From an uncultured Parcubacteria group bacterium (GTDB taxonomy: Bacteria; Patescibacteriota; Minisyncoccia; UBA6257; 2-01-FULL-56-20): a DNA stretch of 57,758 nt. The notes under the pieces were generated by a model. It was given only the letters and a program-made list of their open reading frames with translations. It was not told where the DNA came from and did not search any database. Positions 29,814-39,391 of the stretch are shown in pieces. The stretch covers positions 1 to 57,758 of the forward strand of contig CAIWCR010000028.1 of the NCBI GenBank assembly GCA_903911245.1, written 5' to 3'. A program made the position numbers and the translations under genes. Numbering within the stretch: the stretch's first letter is position 1; each line of letters begins with the position of its first letter.

Positions 29814-32084
29814 TTATTGTGCCGTTACTCGACATACTGCCGATTCACTATCGGTCGATTCACTAACGAAAACATTGTATGTTCCTGCGGTATCATACGT
29901 TCCAGAAAAGGTGGAGCCTATCGAAGCTGCTGAAACGGCACTTGGTGCATTCCATCTATAGGTTGGAGCGTTACCACTTGAATCATATGTTCCGCCACCT
30001 GCAGAAAGGTTAAACGGTGCTCCAATCGAAACTGTTTGCGAAGAAGGAGAACAGGCAAGTGGGCCTACAACAACGATCTGACAACTCGAAGTCGTATCGT
30101 TTATTGATTCACCAACAACGACATTATATGTTCCGGCATTGCTAAAGCTCGTGTTGAAGGCGCTCCCCTTGGAGGTGGTGATATCTGCTCCTGGTGCGCT
30201 CCATGTATAAACCGGAGAGTTTCCCATCCCGTCATACGGGCCGCCGTCAACCATGAAGCCCACCAATGTCCCAATAGTAGTGTTTGATGAAAGAGTAGAG
30301 CATGATAGTGGGGTCACGGGAAGCGTATTTGCTTCGGTGGATTGAGTGATTCCCGAAAGGCCGCTGTCGCCATTTCCATTTAGGGCGTTGTTGATTGATT
30401 GTGTGGCAGAGTCTGCAAGCTTGCTTAAAAGTGATTCTGCAAGAGCGACCGCAAGCCCCTCGATACCTTGTGCGTTTATGGTCAAGTCGAGCGGGCTTTT
30501 TATGGTGTTCGAAAGTGCATCCGACACTGTCTTTCCGGGAGTTGTTACGATCGGATCGCTTCCATTAGCGCATTTTCCTCCATTGGGCGTGAGAACAGCG
30601 GATCCGGTGCTCCAGCTATAATGAGATCCATTTTTGGGATCGCTCTTGTCGGCACATATTCCCGGGGGGATAAATCCATTTCCTGAAACTGCCTCGTTTT
30701 GTTTTGCCTTTTCTGCTGCGTCTGCCGCTAGTCTTGATTTGTCAAACCCGCTGAAAAATTGGATATGAATATCGTTGAAAAGATAATTTACATATGATCC
30801 CCAGCCGCCTCCCGCCTGAATGCTTTGGGAAAGCCCTTGTATGCTTGATTGGCTTACGGTACAGGTTTGAAACCCGTTCGATTGTGTTGATGGAGCGTTT
30901 ATCCTGAGTGCGCCACTAAGAATGGGTCCATAGGATGGACATACGCCAGTAGATACCATATTGTCGAGCGCAGCATTCCCCGCTGCGGTATAAATGTTTA
31001 CAAAAGTACTTACCCAATTGGTTATGAACTGCGGAGCTCCGCTTCCTTGTACCCACGCAAGTACTTTATTCTGTATGAATCGTATGAGCGTATTTTTCAC
31101 GAGTTGAAGGGCGAGCCTCATGGCAAAGTCCTTAAGCTGATTGAGGATAACTCCAACATCAATTACGGGGAGACTTGCATAGGTTGTCTTTATTCCCAAG
31201 AGACTTCCTATGACAGCAAATCCTTTTGGAGTAGATTCGAATTGTGTGTTTTTGAAGGAGACGGCGTTATTTTGCATCGCTTTCTGGAGCTCGCTCTGAA
31301 AAGTCTGCACGGCGAGATTGGTTTCTTTATCCTTCGATCGGAGAATAAGCGAGGCTTTTACTGGATCTTGTGTCGCAACACTTGCCGTTTGGGCAGTATT
31401 CTTTTCGTATACCAAAAGCTTGACGAGGCTTTTCTGGAAGCTGACAAGCGAAGCTGGTACGGTAAGGCGTGTAATATCATTCAGTGAATCAATGATCGAT
31501 GGAGTGACCGCTCCCATGATGGATGGATCGAGATCGGAAGATCCTTTATTAGCGTTGATTGCGGCTTGGGCAATCGCATCTTTGATGCCGTTTTTTACAA
31601 AATTTTTATTAAGGGAATCATTTACGGCGCCAACATAGGTCGTGATATCCTGCTGTGAATAAGTCTTTGTAATATTAACGGTGATTTTATTGGCCTCAAG
31701 ATTCCAATCAGGGGCCTTGAAGTTTTTGAAAGCATCGGCATTTGAAAGCGCGGCGATCATCTGTGCCTGATTGGGTTGAGACATAACTTGGTTTCCGTTT
31801 GCATCGGTAGTGGGCCCTTGGGGATTTGCATTCATGATGCCGTTCAACATGGTATCAGTAAGGGCGCCAGTGAGATTATTGGGATCGTTCGTTATTTCAG
31901 GGGTTAGATTGGCGCCGGTTTGTTGCGCGAGAAAAGCATTGTTTCCAACGGGCGAAGGATTGGTATTTTCCGCGATATTGCTCTCCGTTTTTTGATTTGC
32001 AAGAGACGAAAAAATCAAGACCGAAGCAGTCGCTCCAATCGCCAAAATTAAAAATCCGGCAATCAGTTTTTTAACATCAAGCAT
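29814..32084 (-). CDS. Large membrane-anchored exported protein with two C-terminal PKD/Ig-like repeats
   Basis: TM after MLDVKK (start at 32084 chosen from upstream -10 box); repeated GG.YD..GN.P.Y.W.AP...AGTYNV units. Confidence 0.75.
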   Translation of the reverse strand: MLDVKKLIAGFLILAIGATASVLIFSSLANQKTESNIAENTNPSPVGNNAFLAQQTGANLTPEITNDPNNLTGALTDTMLNGIMNANPQGPTTDANGNQVMSQPNQAQMIAALSNADAFKNFKAPDWNLEANKITVNITKTYSQQDITTYVGAVNDSLNKNFVKNGIKDAIAQAAINANKGSSDLDPSIMGAVTPSIIDSLNDITRLTVPASLVSFQKSLVKLLVYEKNTAQTASVATQDPVKASLILRSKDKETNLAVQTFQSELQKAMQNNAVSFKNTQFESTPKGFAVIGSLLGIKTTYASLPVIDVGVILNQLKDFAMRLALQLVKNTLIRFIQNKVLAWVQGSGAPQFITNWVSTFVNIYTAAGNAALDNMVSTGVCPSYGPILSGALRINAPSTQSNGFQTCTVSQSSIQGLSQSIQAGGGWGSYVNYLFNDIHIQFFSGFDKSRLAADAAEKAKQNEAVSGNGFIPPGICADKSDPKNGSHYSWSTGSAVLTPNGGKCANGSDPIVTTPGKTVSDALSNTIKSPLDLTINAQGIEGLAVALAESLLSKLADSATQSINNALNGNGDSGLSGITQSTEANTLPVTPLSCSTLSSNTTIGTLVGFMVDGGPYDGMGNSPVYTWSAPGADITTSKGSAFNTSFSNAGTYNVVVGESINDTTSSCQIVVVGPLACSPSSQTVSIGAPFNLSAGGGTYDSSGNAPTYRWNAPSAVSAASIGSTFSGTYDTAGTYNVFVSESTDSESAVCRVTAQ

Positions 32085-32127
32085 TTCATTAAATATACTC
32101 CATTCAAATGAATATGGGTAACGCGAT

Positions 32128-32153
32128 TTATCCACAAAGGCATTTGTGGATAA
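32128..32153. promoter_or_regulatory. Inverted pair of consensus DnaA boxes
   Basis: TTATCCACA (32128-32136) and TGTGGATAA (32145-32153). Confidence 0.55.
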
Positions 32154-32182
32154 TAAAAAGGAGAAGGGAGTCGCGGACAGGG

Positions 32183-32989
32183 CTATGAGACTTTAAAAAA
32201 TTCCCTTGCAATGAGAATAATATCTTCTACAGAAAGATTCTGGGGACGATGCTGTGGATTGATTTTTATCTTTTCAAGAACAGTGACAATTTTCTTTTTT
32301 TTGTGCTCGCTATCCCCTTCCATAATTATGTTTTCATATACATTATTAAGAATTGTTTTTCGCGGTTGAGAAAATAGCGCTCGCACAGCGGCATAATAAT
32401 ATTCCATGTTACATGCTGGACGATTGTCTTTCTTTACAAGGAGAATAACCGCTGAATCAATTTTTGGCATTGGAGAAAAATCTTCTTTTGGTACGTTTAT
32501 AATGATGGTTGGCTTTGCCCAAAATTGAACACTTGCGGCAAGGCGGTTCATCTTTGGCGGTTGCATGGTAATTCGTTCGGCAACTTCTTTTTGGATCATA
32601 AGGACGGTGCGTTCCGGTTTGTTATTGAGTTCGCTTATGACACGGAGAAGATATCCTGTTATGTAATAAGGAATATTTCCGACGACTTTATATTTTGACT
32701 CTTTTTGTTCCTCTATTAATAGAGGAAGCTTTATGAGCGCGTCACCAAAAACGATTTCGATTTCTCCATTGTTCTCGAATTGGTTTTTTAATGCCTCATA
32801 TAGTTTCTCGTCTTTTTCAATAGAAATAACTTTGAGATTTCCGGTTTCTATTTTCAGCTTTTCGGTAAGCTCGCCATGACCCGGTCCGATTTCAAAAACA
32901 ACGTCACCGTCCTGGAGCGCGACCGAGTCTATTATTTTTTCTGCCACCCTTTTATTTTTTAGGAAATGTTGACCAAGTTTTTGTGTCAT
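32183..32989 (-). CDS. rsmA: 16S rRNA dimethyltransferase RsmA/KsgA
   Basis: LGQHFL, EIGPGHG, GNIPYYIT, MIQKEVAER, F.PMPKIDSA. Confidence 0.97.
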   Translation of the reverse strand: MTQKLGQHFLKNKRVAEKIIDSVALQDGDVVFEIGPGHGELTEKLKIETGNLKVISIEKDEKLYEALKNQFENNGEIEIVFGDALIKLPLLIEEQKESKYKVVGNIPYYITGYLLRVISELNNKPERTVLMIQKEVAERITMQPPKMNRLAASVQFWAKPTIIINVPKEDFSPMPKIDSAVILLVKKDNRPACNMEYYYAAVRALFSQPRKTILNNVYENIIMEGDSEHKKKKIVTVLEKIKINPQHRPQNLSVEDIILIAREFFKVS

Positions 32990-34936
32990 TTAATATGTAA
33001 TATAATCTTCTTCCTCATAATCGTCATCTATGTCATTTGAGGAGCTATTATTATTCCACGCCTTGTTTTGAAAAACCATATACTTTTCGGGTATTTCTCC
33101 AATGAATCGTGAAGGAGTTCCATGGAAGCTTATCGCGAGATCTTTTCGTGCGCGTGTCATGGCAACATACATGAGTCGCCGCTCTTCTTCAAGCGAGCGC
33201 TCATCACCGAGCGATCGGCCATGCGGAAGAATCCCTTCTGACGCTCCGATAATAAAAACGGAGTCGAACTCAAGTCCTTTTGCAAGATGGATCGTAAGAA
33301 GGCTCACTGCCGCGCCCAATACTTCATTTTGTTTCGTAGTAATTCTTCCTTTATTATTCTCATCATCGACCGCTTGAAGAAGGCTTACCTTTTCGAGAAG
33401 CTCGCTTAAGCTTTCAAATTCTGAAGCGAATGCGATGAGTTCGGCGATATTCCCCTCTCGTTCTTCGGCGTTTGTAAAATTTTCTTCGAGGTAGTCAAAG
33501 TAGTGATACGTTTCCAAAAAGATTTCAATGATTTCTTGCGGAGAAGTGACGATTTTCCCCTTGAAGAGATCTCTGAATTCGGAAAATTTCTTTTTTGAAA
33601 GATTTTTTTCGAGCCGTTCTTTACTTGGTTCGTCGGACGGGTTTGAAACCCATCGCAATGCTGCGACAACATCTTTTACTTCGCGGCGTTCATAGAATTT
33701 TAATCCGCCTAATATCTGATAACGGATATTGTTTCGTATAAGCGCTTGCTCGATTGCGCGCGACTGGGCATTGGTGCGGTATAGGACGGCAATACTTTCG
33801 TTATTAGATTGGTTTTTCAGTTTTTGTATTTCTCTTGCCACCCATTCTGCTTCTTCGTTTTCGCCCCATGCCTCAAATAACTTTATGGCATCGCCAGGCT
33901 TATTTTTGGTCCATAATGTTTTGGGAGCCCTGAAGCGATTATTTTTTACGACACTCCCTGCGGCATTGATGATATTTCCGGTTGACCGATAATTTTCTTC
34001 AAGAAAGAAAACCTGCGCGCCCGGCCAATGTTTTTCGAAATTGAGAAAGAGACCAATGTCAGCATAGCGCCAGCTATAAATAGTTTGCTCGTCGTCCCCT
34101 ACCACGCTCACGTTTCTATGTTTTCCAGCGAGGAGCTGTATGAGTTCATATTGCCGTGGATTGATGTCTTGATATTCATCGACAAGAATGGCATCAAAGC
34201 GATTTTGATATTTTTCGAGAATATCGGGATACGACTTCATTGCTGCCACCGTTTTTTCGATGAGATCATCGAAGTCGAACGCATTGTTTTCGATGAGCGC
34301 TGATTCGTATCTTTGAAAAACTCTTTGCGTCGTCATGGTTTTCTCATCAGACACTTCAAGTGATTGATCGAATCCCCTCATGTTTTTTATCTTCGAAATT
34401 CCCTGTGCAAATATGACTGGCGTTTCCTTTTCTTTTTTTCTTTCTTCTTTGCTTGCCTCGCTTTTTGGAAGAATAGCCTTGACTGCTTTTTTTACCAAGC
34501 TGAAAGAATCGTGATCGTCAAAGATGGTGAAATTCGGTTTTCTCTCGAGCGCCCGGCATTCCTCCCGTAGGATTCGTGCGCCAAGCGAATGGAACGTTCC
34601 GATGAAAGGACCTTTTGATTTACTGAGGGAGTCCCCGTTTTTTGATTCGATGAGTAGCTGGGCACGGTCAGCCATTTCTTTTGCCGCCTTATTGGTGAAG
34701 GTTATCGCACAAATTTTCCATGGTGGGATACCGCTCTCTATTAAATACGCAATTCGGCCTATGAGTGTCTTTGTTTTTCCCGTGCCAGCGCCGGCAACAA
34801 TAAGAAGCGGCCCAAAAGACGCCTCGGCCGCACGTTTTTGTTCGGTATTGAGTGGAAATTGTAACTGTTCACCTTTTTCTTTTTTTTGAAACAAGGGCGC
34901 TCTGTCTTTCTCCCCTGTTGAAATCTTTTTTGTCAT
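32990..34936 (-). CDS. pcrA: UvrD/PcrA superfamily I helicase
   Basis: AGAGTGKT, TFTNKAA, VDEYQD, VGDDEQTIY, ENYRS, TIHLAKGLEF, EERRLMYVAMTRA. Confidence 0.95.
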   Translation of the reverse strand: MTKKISTGEKDRAPLFQKKEKGEQLQFPLNTEQKRAAEASFGPLLIVAGAGTGKTKTLIGRIAYLIESGIPPWKICAITFTNKAAKEMADRAQLLIESKNGDSLSKSKGPFIGTFHSLGARILREECRALERKPNFTIFDDHDSFSLVKKAVKAILPKSEASKEERKKEKETPVIFAQGISKIKNMRGFDQSLEVSDEKTMTTQRVFQRYESALIENNAFDFDDLIEKTVAAMKSYPDILEKYQNRFDAILVDEYQDINPRQYELIQLLAGKHRNVSVVGDDEQTIYSWRYADIGLFLNFEKHWPGAQVFFLEENYRSTGNIINAAGSVVKNNRFRAPKTLWTKNKPGDAIKLFEAWGENEEAEWVAREIQKLKNQSNNESIAVLYRTNAQSRAIEQALIRNNIRYQILGGLKFYERREVKDVVAALRWVSNPSDEPSKERLEKNLSKKKFSEFRDLFKGKIVTSPQEIIEIFLETYHYFDYLEENFTNAEEREGNIAELIAFASEFESLSELLEKVSLLQAVDDENNKGRITTKQNEVLGAAVSLLTIHLAKGLEFDSVFIIGASEGILPHGRSLGDERSLEEERRLMYVAMTRARKDLAISFHGTPSRFIGEIPEKYMVFQNKAWNNNSSSNDIDDDYEEEDYITY

Positions 34937-34953
34937 TATGCTATAATAGCACT

Positions 34954-35355
34954 ATTACTATTTTCTTAGGAAAACTCAAGAGGGATTACCTGTCATTGGG
35001 AGTGACACTTTTTTTTGTGGCAGTCTCATTCTTTGCTTTTTTACCTACCTCCAATATTGGATTGATTAAGGAGGATGGAAGTCTTCGGATTGCAAAAGCA
35101 GGCTCCGCAATCGCCCCGACGACTTCAGAAAGTGCATCACTCAGTGCTTCGTCGTGTCTATTCTCATCTGGGACAATACAAGAAGTAGGAGTTGCGTTAT
35201 CCTCGCCTGAGTTTTTGTCACTAGGAGAATTAAAAGATCCCGGCATTCTTATGGGCACGACATCAAGTCGGCCATCGGCAATTATTTCTGAGGCGTCAGG
35301 AATTGGTCATGAGTCGGGGCTTGCGTCTTCCTTATCTCTCAATGCCTGGTGGTAG
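34954..35355 (+). CDS. Putative small membrane-anchored protein (start uncertain)
   Basis: Open frame with TM segment YLSLGVTLFFVAVSFFAFLP; TATAAT at 34942-34947 just upstream. Confidence 0.4.
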   Translation: MTIFLGKLKRDYLSLGVTLFFVAVSFFAFLPTSNIGLIKEDGSLRIAKAGSAIAPTTSESASLSASSCLFSSGTIQEVGVALSSPEFLSLGELKDPGILMGTTSSRPSAIISEASGIGHESGLASSLSLNAWW

Positions 35356-35404
35356 CACTTCCTTTTCCTTTCTGTAAAGTTTACCCCGATAAAGATCGGG
35401 TTTT

Positions 35405-36277
35405 TTATACGTCTTCTCGTATTCGATAGCTAAATGCTTCGGCGAGATGTTCTGCGGCTACTGTCTCTTTTTTATCGAGGTCTGCGATGGTGCGTGCCAC
35501 TTTAAGGATTCGATAATAACTTCGCGGGGAAAGCCACCCCTTTTCAAAATTTTCAAGAAATTTTTCAGCATCAGCCTCGAGGTTTATAAGCTGTTCCGTT
35601 TCGCGCGAACCCATTTCTGAGTTTGTTTCTATTTTTATGTTTTGACTATCAAATCGTTTACGTTGGGTTTCTCTTGTTGATGCCACCCTCTCTCTAATAG
35701 AAAGATTTACCGACTCAGGGCAGCCCCCTTTTCGCAGTTCGTCTATTTTGACGCCACCGACTTTTATCTGGATATCGATACGATCAAGAAGCGGTCCGGA
35801 AATTTTCTTTTGATATTTAATTACTTCATAGGCAGAGCACGTACATGGATGTTCGGAATTGCCATAATATCCGCATGGACATGGATTCATTGCCGCGATA
35901 AGTGTAAATTTTGCCGGAAACAGTAAACTGCGTTTTGTTCTTGCAACATGAACCATTCCTGATTCCATTGGTTGACGAAGTGCTTCCAGTGCGTTTTTTT
36001 GAAATTCGGGGAGCTCGTCAAGAAAAAGAATGCCACGATGAGAGAGGCTGATTTCTCCGGGCTTTGGATCTTGTCCTCCTCCAATGAGCGCTGCGACGGA
36101 TGTTGTCTGATGCGGCGATCTGAATGGGCGTCTGCGAATGAGACCGTGAGAGCCAAGGCCGGCAGCGCTCCATATTTTTGTAACCTCGATCGCTTCGTTT
36201 ATTGTAAGATCGGGCAAAATTCCACCAAGCGCCTGAGCAAGAAAACTTTTTCCTACACCGGGAGGTCCTATCATCAG
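35405..36277 (-). pseudogene. comM: ComM (YifB/Mg-chelatase-like helicase), C-terminal fragment split by the element
   Basis: LMIGPPGVGKS Walker A, RPFRSPH, PGEISLSHRGILFLDELPEF, AAMNPCPCGY, SGPLLDRID, ARTIADL. Confidence 0.95.
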
Positions 36278-36299
36278 GGCGTTGGGGTCGCTATTCAAC
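36262..36299. repeat. Left attachment junction
   Basis: GTTGGGGTCGCTATTCAAC (36281-36299) is the inverted copy (18/19) of 52889-52907. Confidence 0.9.
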
Positions 36300-36363
36300 C
36301 ACCAATAAGGCGTATTCCCAATGTGGATAAGTTATTTGTCAGAAGAGTGTATACTTATAATAA

Positions 36364-36434
36364 TCCCGCATGGGAGGGGGATGTCCCGTTAGGGCATCGC
36401 AAAAGAATCAGCGAAGGCTGGTTCTTTTGTTTTT
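36364..36434 (+). ncRNA. Candidate DUF3800-associated structured RNA (three hairpins)
   Basis: Hairpins at 36364-36375, 36380-36398 and 36400-36429 plus U-tract; TATACT/TATAAT at 36350-36361; convergent with the DUF3800 gene. Confidence 0.45.
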
Positions 36435-37220
36435 CTATCCAATCAACTTTTTACCAAATCCCTTTACCGCACCTTCGGCCGAACACCGATATTTGCTTTG
36501 GATATTATCCACGACGGTTTTTAAAAAGTTTTCTCGCAACGCTGGAAATCTGCCATAAGATTGAAGAATGTCTAGTTTGGTCGCTAGAGTTAATAAATCT
36601 GCAAATTCCAATCCCGCTATCATTTTCTCCTTCCCTTTAATTTTTAGTTCTTTAGAAGTTAAGAATTTTTGAATGTTGTATGGATGACGATAATAAGTGC
36701 CGGACTCATAAAAGTTTTTATAGGCTTCTTTAAGAGCTAAATCTTCTCGTTCCCCCCTCGTTTCGGCAATAACATCTCCAATCGCATTGTTTTCTTCAAG
36801 GCAAAAGGTGTATCTCTCTAAGAGAATATTGAGACAATAATGATAAGGGTGATAAGCTGTCTGTTGATGTTTTTCTGCATGAGTTTTTTTATCCAATACA
36901 ATGGCGCATATTGTGTAATCTAAATCCTTAAACAAACTGATAAAGGATTTGTTAAACTCCCTTTTAACCTCATCGTTGTTCAACTTTGTAAATACTCCTC
37001 GCTGGTTTACTATATCGTCTCGGTGGAGAACGGGCAGCTCATCTGAGTCGTCGGCAATCAATCGCTTAATTTTTATCAAAGTAGGCTGCAGCATCTCAGC
37101 GTTTGTTTTCTCGCTGATAATAACCCCAGTCAGGCCGAGATATCTACGGGCAGGATCATCCGACAACGAATAATTATGCGTTCCCGATTCATCTATGTAG
37201 AGTCTAAATTTTTTTGGCAT
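36435..37220 (-). CDS. DUF3800 domain protein (RNase H-like fold)
   Basis: LYIDESG N-terminal motif, LH, C-terminal GLEFADL. Confidence 0.85.
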   Translation of the reverse strand: MPKKFRLYIDESGTHNYSLSDDPARRYLGLTGVIISEKTNAEMLQPTLIKIKRLIADDSDELPVLHRDDIVNQRGVFTKLNNDEVKREFNKSFISLFKDLDYTICAIVLDKKTHAEKHQQTAYHPYHYCLNILLERYTFCLEENNAIGDVIAETRGEREDLALKEAYKNFYESGTYYRHPYNIQKFLTSKELKIKGKEKMIAGLEFADLLTLATKLDILQSYGRFPALRENFLKTVVDNIQSKYRCSAEGAVKGFGKKLIG

Positions 37221-37321
37221 TTCAGGATAGGCAAATTTGGGGTGGTAAATTCATTCTTATTAAGAATGAAAGACCAGCGCACAAGTTCACTGGTCTTTCG
37301 TGTTTGCAAAAAACTAACTCG

Positions 37322-37615
37322 CTACGCGCGACACTCTGGGAGTGTCAGCAGATTATCGCGCCTTGTGGAATCGGGAATCGTTCTTACGAATTTCTTTCCG
37401 CCACGCAGGAATGTTTCGAGGTATGCTTTTCGTCTTCCATCAGGAGTCTGAACATAAGCCACTCCACCACGGTCAATAAAGATGACCATCTGCAATAGAG
37501 TATACTTACCATTCAAGGACGTGGAATCCTCAATCCATCCAAACGAGGAAATTGCCTCGTGCGGATTTTCGTGATAACCATGATCCTTATTAATACACAC
37601 AATTCTTAATACCAT
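37322..37615 (-). CDS. DUF3892 domain protein
   Basis: CINKD.G.HENPHEAI...VRT.PD....DNLL.LPEC. Confidence 0.85.
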   Translation of the reverse strand: MVLRIVCINKDHGYHENPHEAISSFGWIEDSTSLNGKYTLLQMVIFIDRGGVAYVQTPDGRRKAYLETFLRGGKKFVRTIPDSTRRDNLLTLPECRA

Positions 37616-37766
37616 TTTTTGGATTTGCGAATTAGCCCATACGAGTTATACTGATTATAGCCCGTATGGGTCGTGGGATATCGGGCGACCGATTAACGAT
37701 GGGACACCGATTTTTCCACTATTGTTTTTTTCAAGAGGTCTGGATTTACGTCCGGACCTTTTGAGT

Positions 37767-38135
37767 TCAAGTCTTTGCAATAAGTTTAATCACAAACAAC
37801 TTGCCAAAATTTGGATCCTCAATCTCCTCGGGAGAATATCTTCCCGCGTATTTTTGAGGATCAATAGAATATGAGGCGAGGAACGACCTCGCCGAAAAAT
37901 ATGCTCCCTTTTCGTCGGGGCGTTTTTTTAGTTTGAACATTCCCTCGCTTTCTTTTTCCACTAGCTTTATCCCTATTACTTGAGCTTCTTTATCAAAATA
38001 AAGCTCTACTCCCATATAATTGTCCAATTTATAGCGATGATGCATTCCAGAAGACAGCCCCAATCCCCCACTCCTGTTTATCGTCACTTGTGGCGTAAAT
38101 TTCCCTTTTTTCGCAATAAATTTCTCAAAATTCAT
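37767..38135 (-). CDS. Hypothetical protein (possible swapped-hairpin DNA-binding fold)
   Basis: 122-aa ORF; VTIN.SG.L.LS and VELYFD...IGIK pattern; fold is an inference. Confidence 0.7.
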   Translation of the reverse strand: MNFEKFIAKKGKFTPQVTINRSGGLGLSSGMHHRYKLDNYMGVELYFDKEAQVIGIKLVEKESEGMFKLKKRPDEKGAYFSARSFLASYSIDPQKYAGRYSPEEIEDPNFGKLFVIKLIAKT

Positions 38136-38441
38136 ATATTTTTTAATATTATTTTTGTTTCGACTCCTATATTATAGATTAGTTTTTTATAAAATGCAAG
38201 CTCTAGTTTCTTTAAAAAACCGCGCATGACTCACTGGCGTACCCTATAATTGCGCCATTCTTATAACTATAACGTACAAATAAATCCAAACGTTACGTTC
38301 GGTTTTATAATTTAAAACGCTAAAAGTCTATTGAATGTCATGGTTTCAATTAGACAGCCTATTATCACCGCTTCATTCTTAATTTCCCTACTTTTGAAAA
38401 ATGTGGGAAGAATATTTTGAATGAGACGCGAAGTGATATTT

Positions 38442-38846
38442 TTATTGTCGTAGAAAAGAAATTATTTTTTCTAATGTCATCACATTCTTTCCCTGAAGTT
38501 GACGCTCCCATACCCTAAGAACGAGCCATCCTTGTCTTCTAAGTTCTGCGCGATTTCTCCTATCCCTATTGATATTGCTCTGTATTTTTATTCGCCAGAA
38601 TTTTGGGAGTCGATCACGGTGTCGGGAAAATTGATGACCATGCCAAAAATCGCTGGCAATAAAGATGGCACGTTTCCTTTTTGGTAGTGCGACATCAGGA
38701 CTCCCTGCTGCTTTCTTGTAATGTTTTTGAAAATATATTTTATTTGAACGCAGGGCTGAAAATACCAAATTTTCTATCTTGGTGTTTTTGGGACGGATAC
38801 GAGATATTATCTCGCTCCGCTTTTCTTTTGAAAATATGTCAGCCAT
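38442..38846 (-). CDS. vsr: Very short patch repair endonuclease
   Basis: MADIFSKEKRSEIISRIR.KNT, GSPD, FWHGH, FW..KI..N..RD, GW.VLRVWE. Confidence 0.93.
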   Translation of the reverse strand: MADIFSKEKRSEIISRIRPKNTKIENLVFSALRSNKIYFQKHYKKAAGSPDVALPKRKRAIFIASDFWHGHQFSRHRDRLPKFWRIKIQSNINRDRRNRAELRRQGWLVLRVWERQLQGKNVMTLEKIISFLRQ

Positions 38847-38862
38847 TTATAAATCAATCGCG

Positions 38863-39372
38863 CTAATAGCCCACAATCATAATCCCCGCCAGTGGTAAAT
38901 TCCACCTATCCGAGGCGTAAAGGGTGTTAAAGAAGTTTACAACCGCATTGAAATTGTCGTGACTGCGGTAGTCGTTTCTTACACAGATAATCAGATAATC
39001 AATGTCATGCATTACACATGCCTGAAACAAATCTTTGAGGAATTGATAATTTGTGACACCTCTTCCGGCCTCGACTTCGATGACGGTTTTTGAATTTTTA
39101 TTCCACCCGTCAGCATCGAAAGACTTTTCTATTCTGCCGTTTTGTCCGAACAAAACAGGGATACTTATTTTTTGATTTTTACTCTTACCGGATTCCACTT
39201 CAAATCCAATCTTTTCTAAGTCTTTTTTTAGAATCCCGAGTACGGTGTTGCTGTTGAATTTGTGCGCTGGCGAAGAAATTTTAGAATCATTCGGTACAAA
39301 GACGTCATCAATGATTTTCCTCAGGTGAATTGGCGCTTCTTTTGATTTTGGATAAAATTGCCATTTGGTCAT
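38863..39372 (-). CDS. Restriction-endonuclease-fold protein
   Basis: FDADG...VIEVEAGR (D...ExE catalytic pattern); start set at the MTKW ATG 39372; lies between REase and vsr. Confidence 0.65.
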   Translation of the reverse strand: MTKWQFYPKSKEAPIHLRKIIDDVFVPNDSKISSPAHKFNSNTVLGILKKDLEKIGFEVESGKSKNQKISIPVLFGQNGRIEKSFDADGWNKNSKTVIEVEAGRGVTNYQFLKDLFQACVMHDIDYLIICVRNDYRSHDNFNAVVNFFNTLYASDRWNLPLAGIMIVGY

Positions 39373-39391
39373 TGTAGAAAGATGGTGAAAT

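Noticed and set aside
34986..35258. 90-aa minus-strand ORF between pcrA and comM
   Set aside because: Antisense to a longer plus-strand frame that has a TM helix and an upstream -10 box; weaker candidate.
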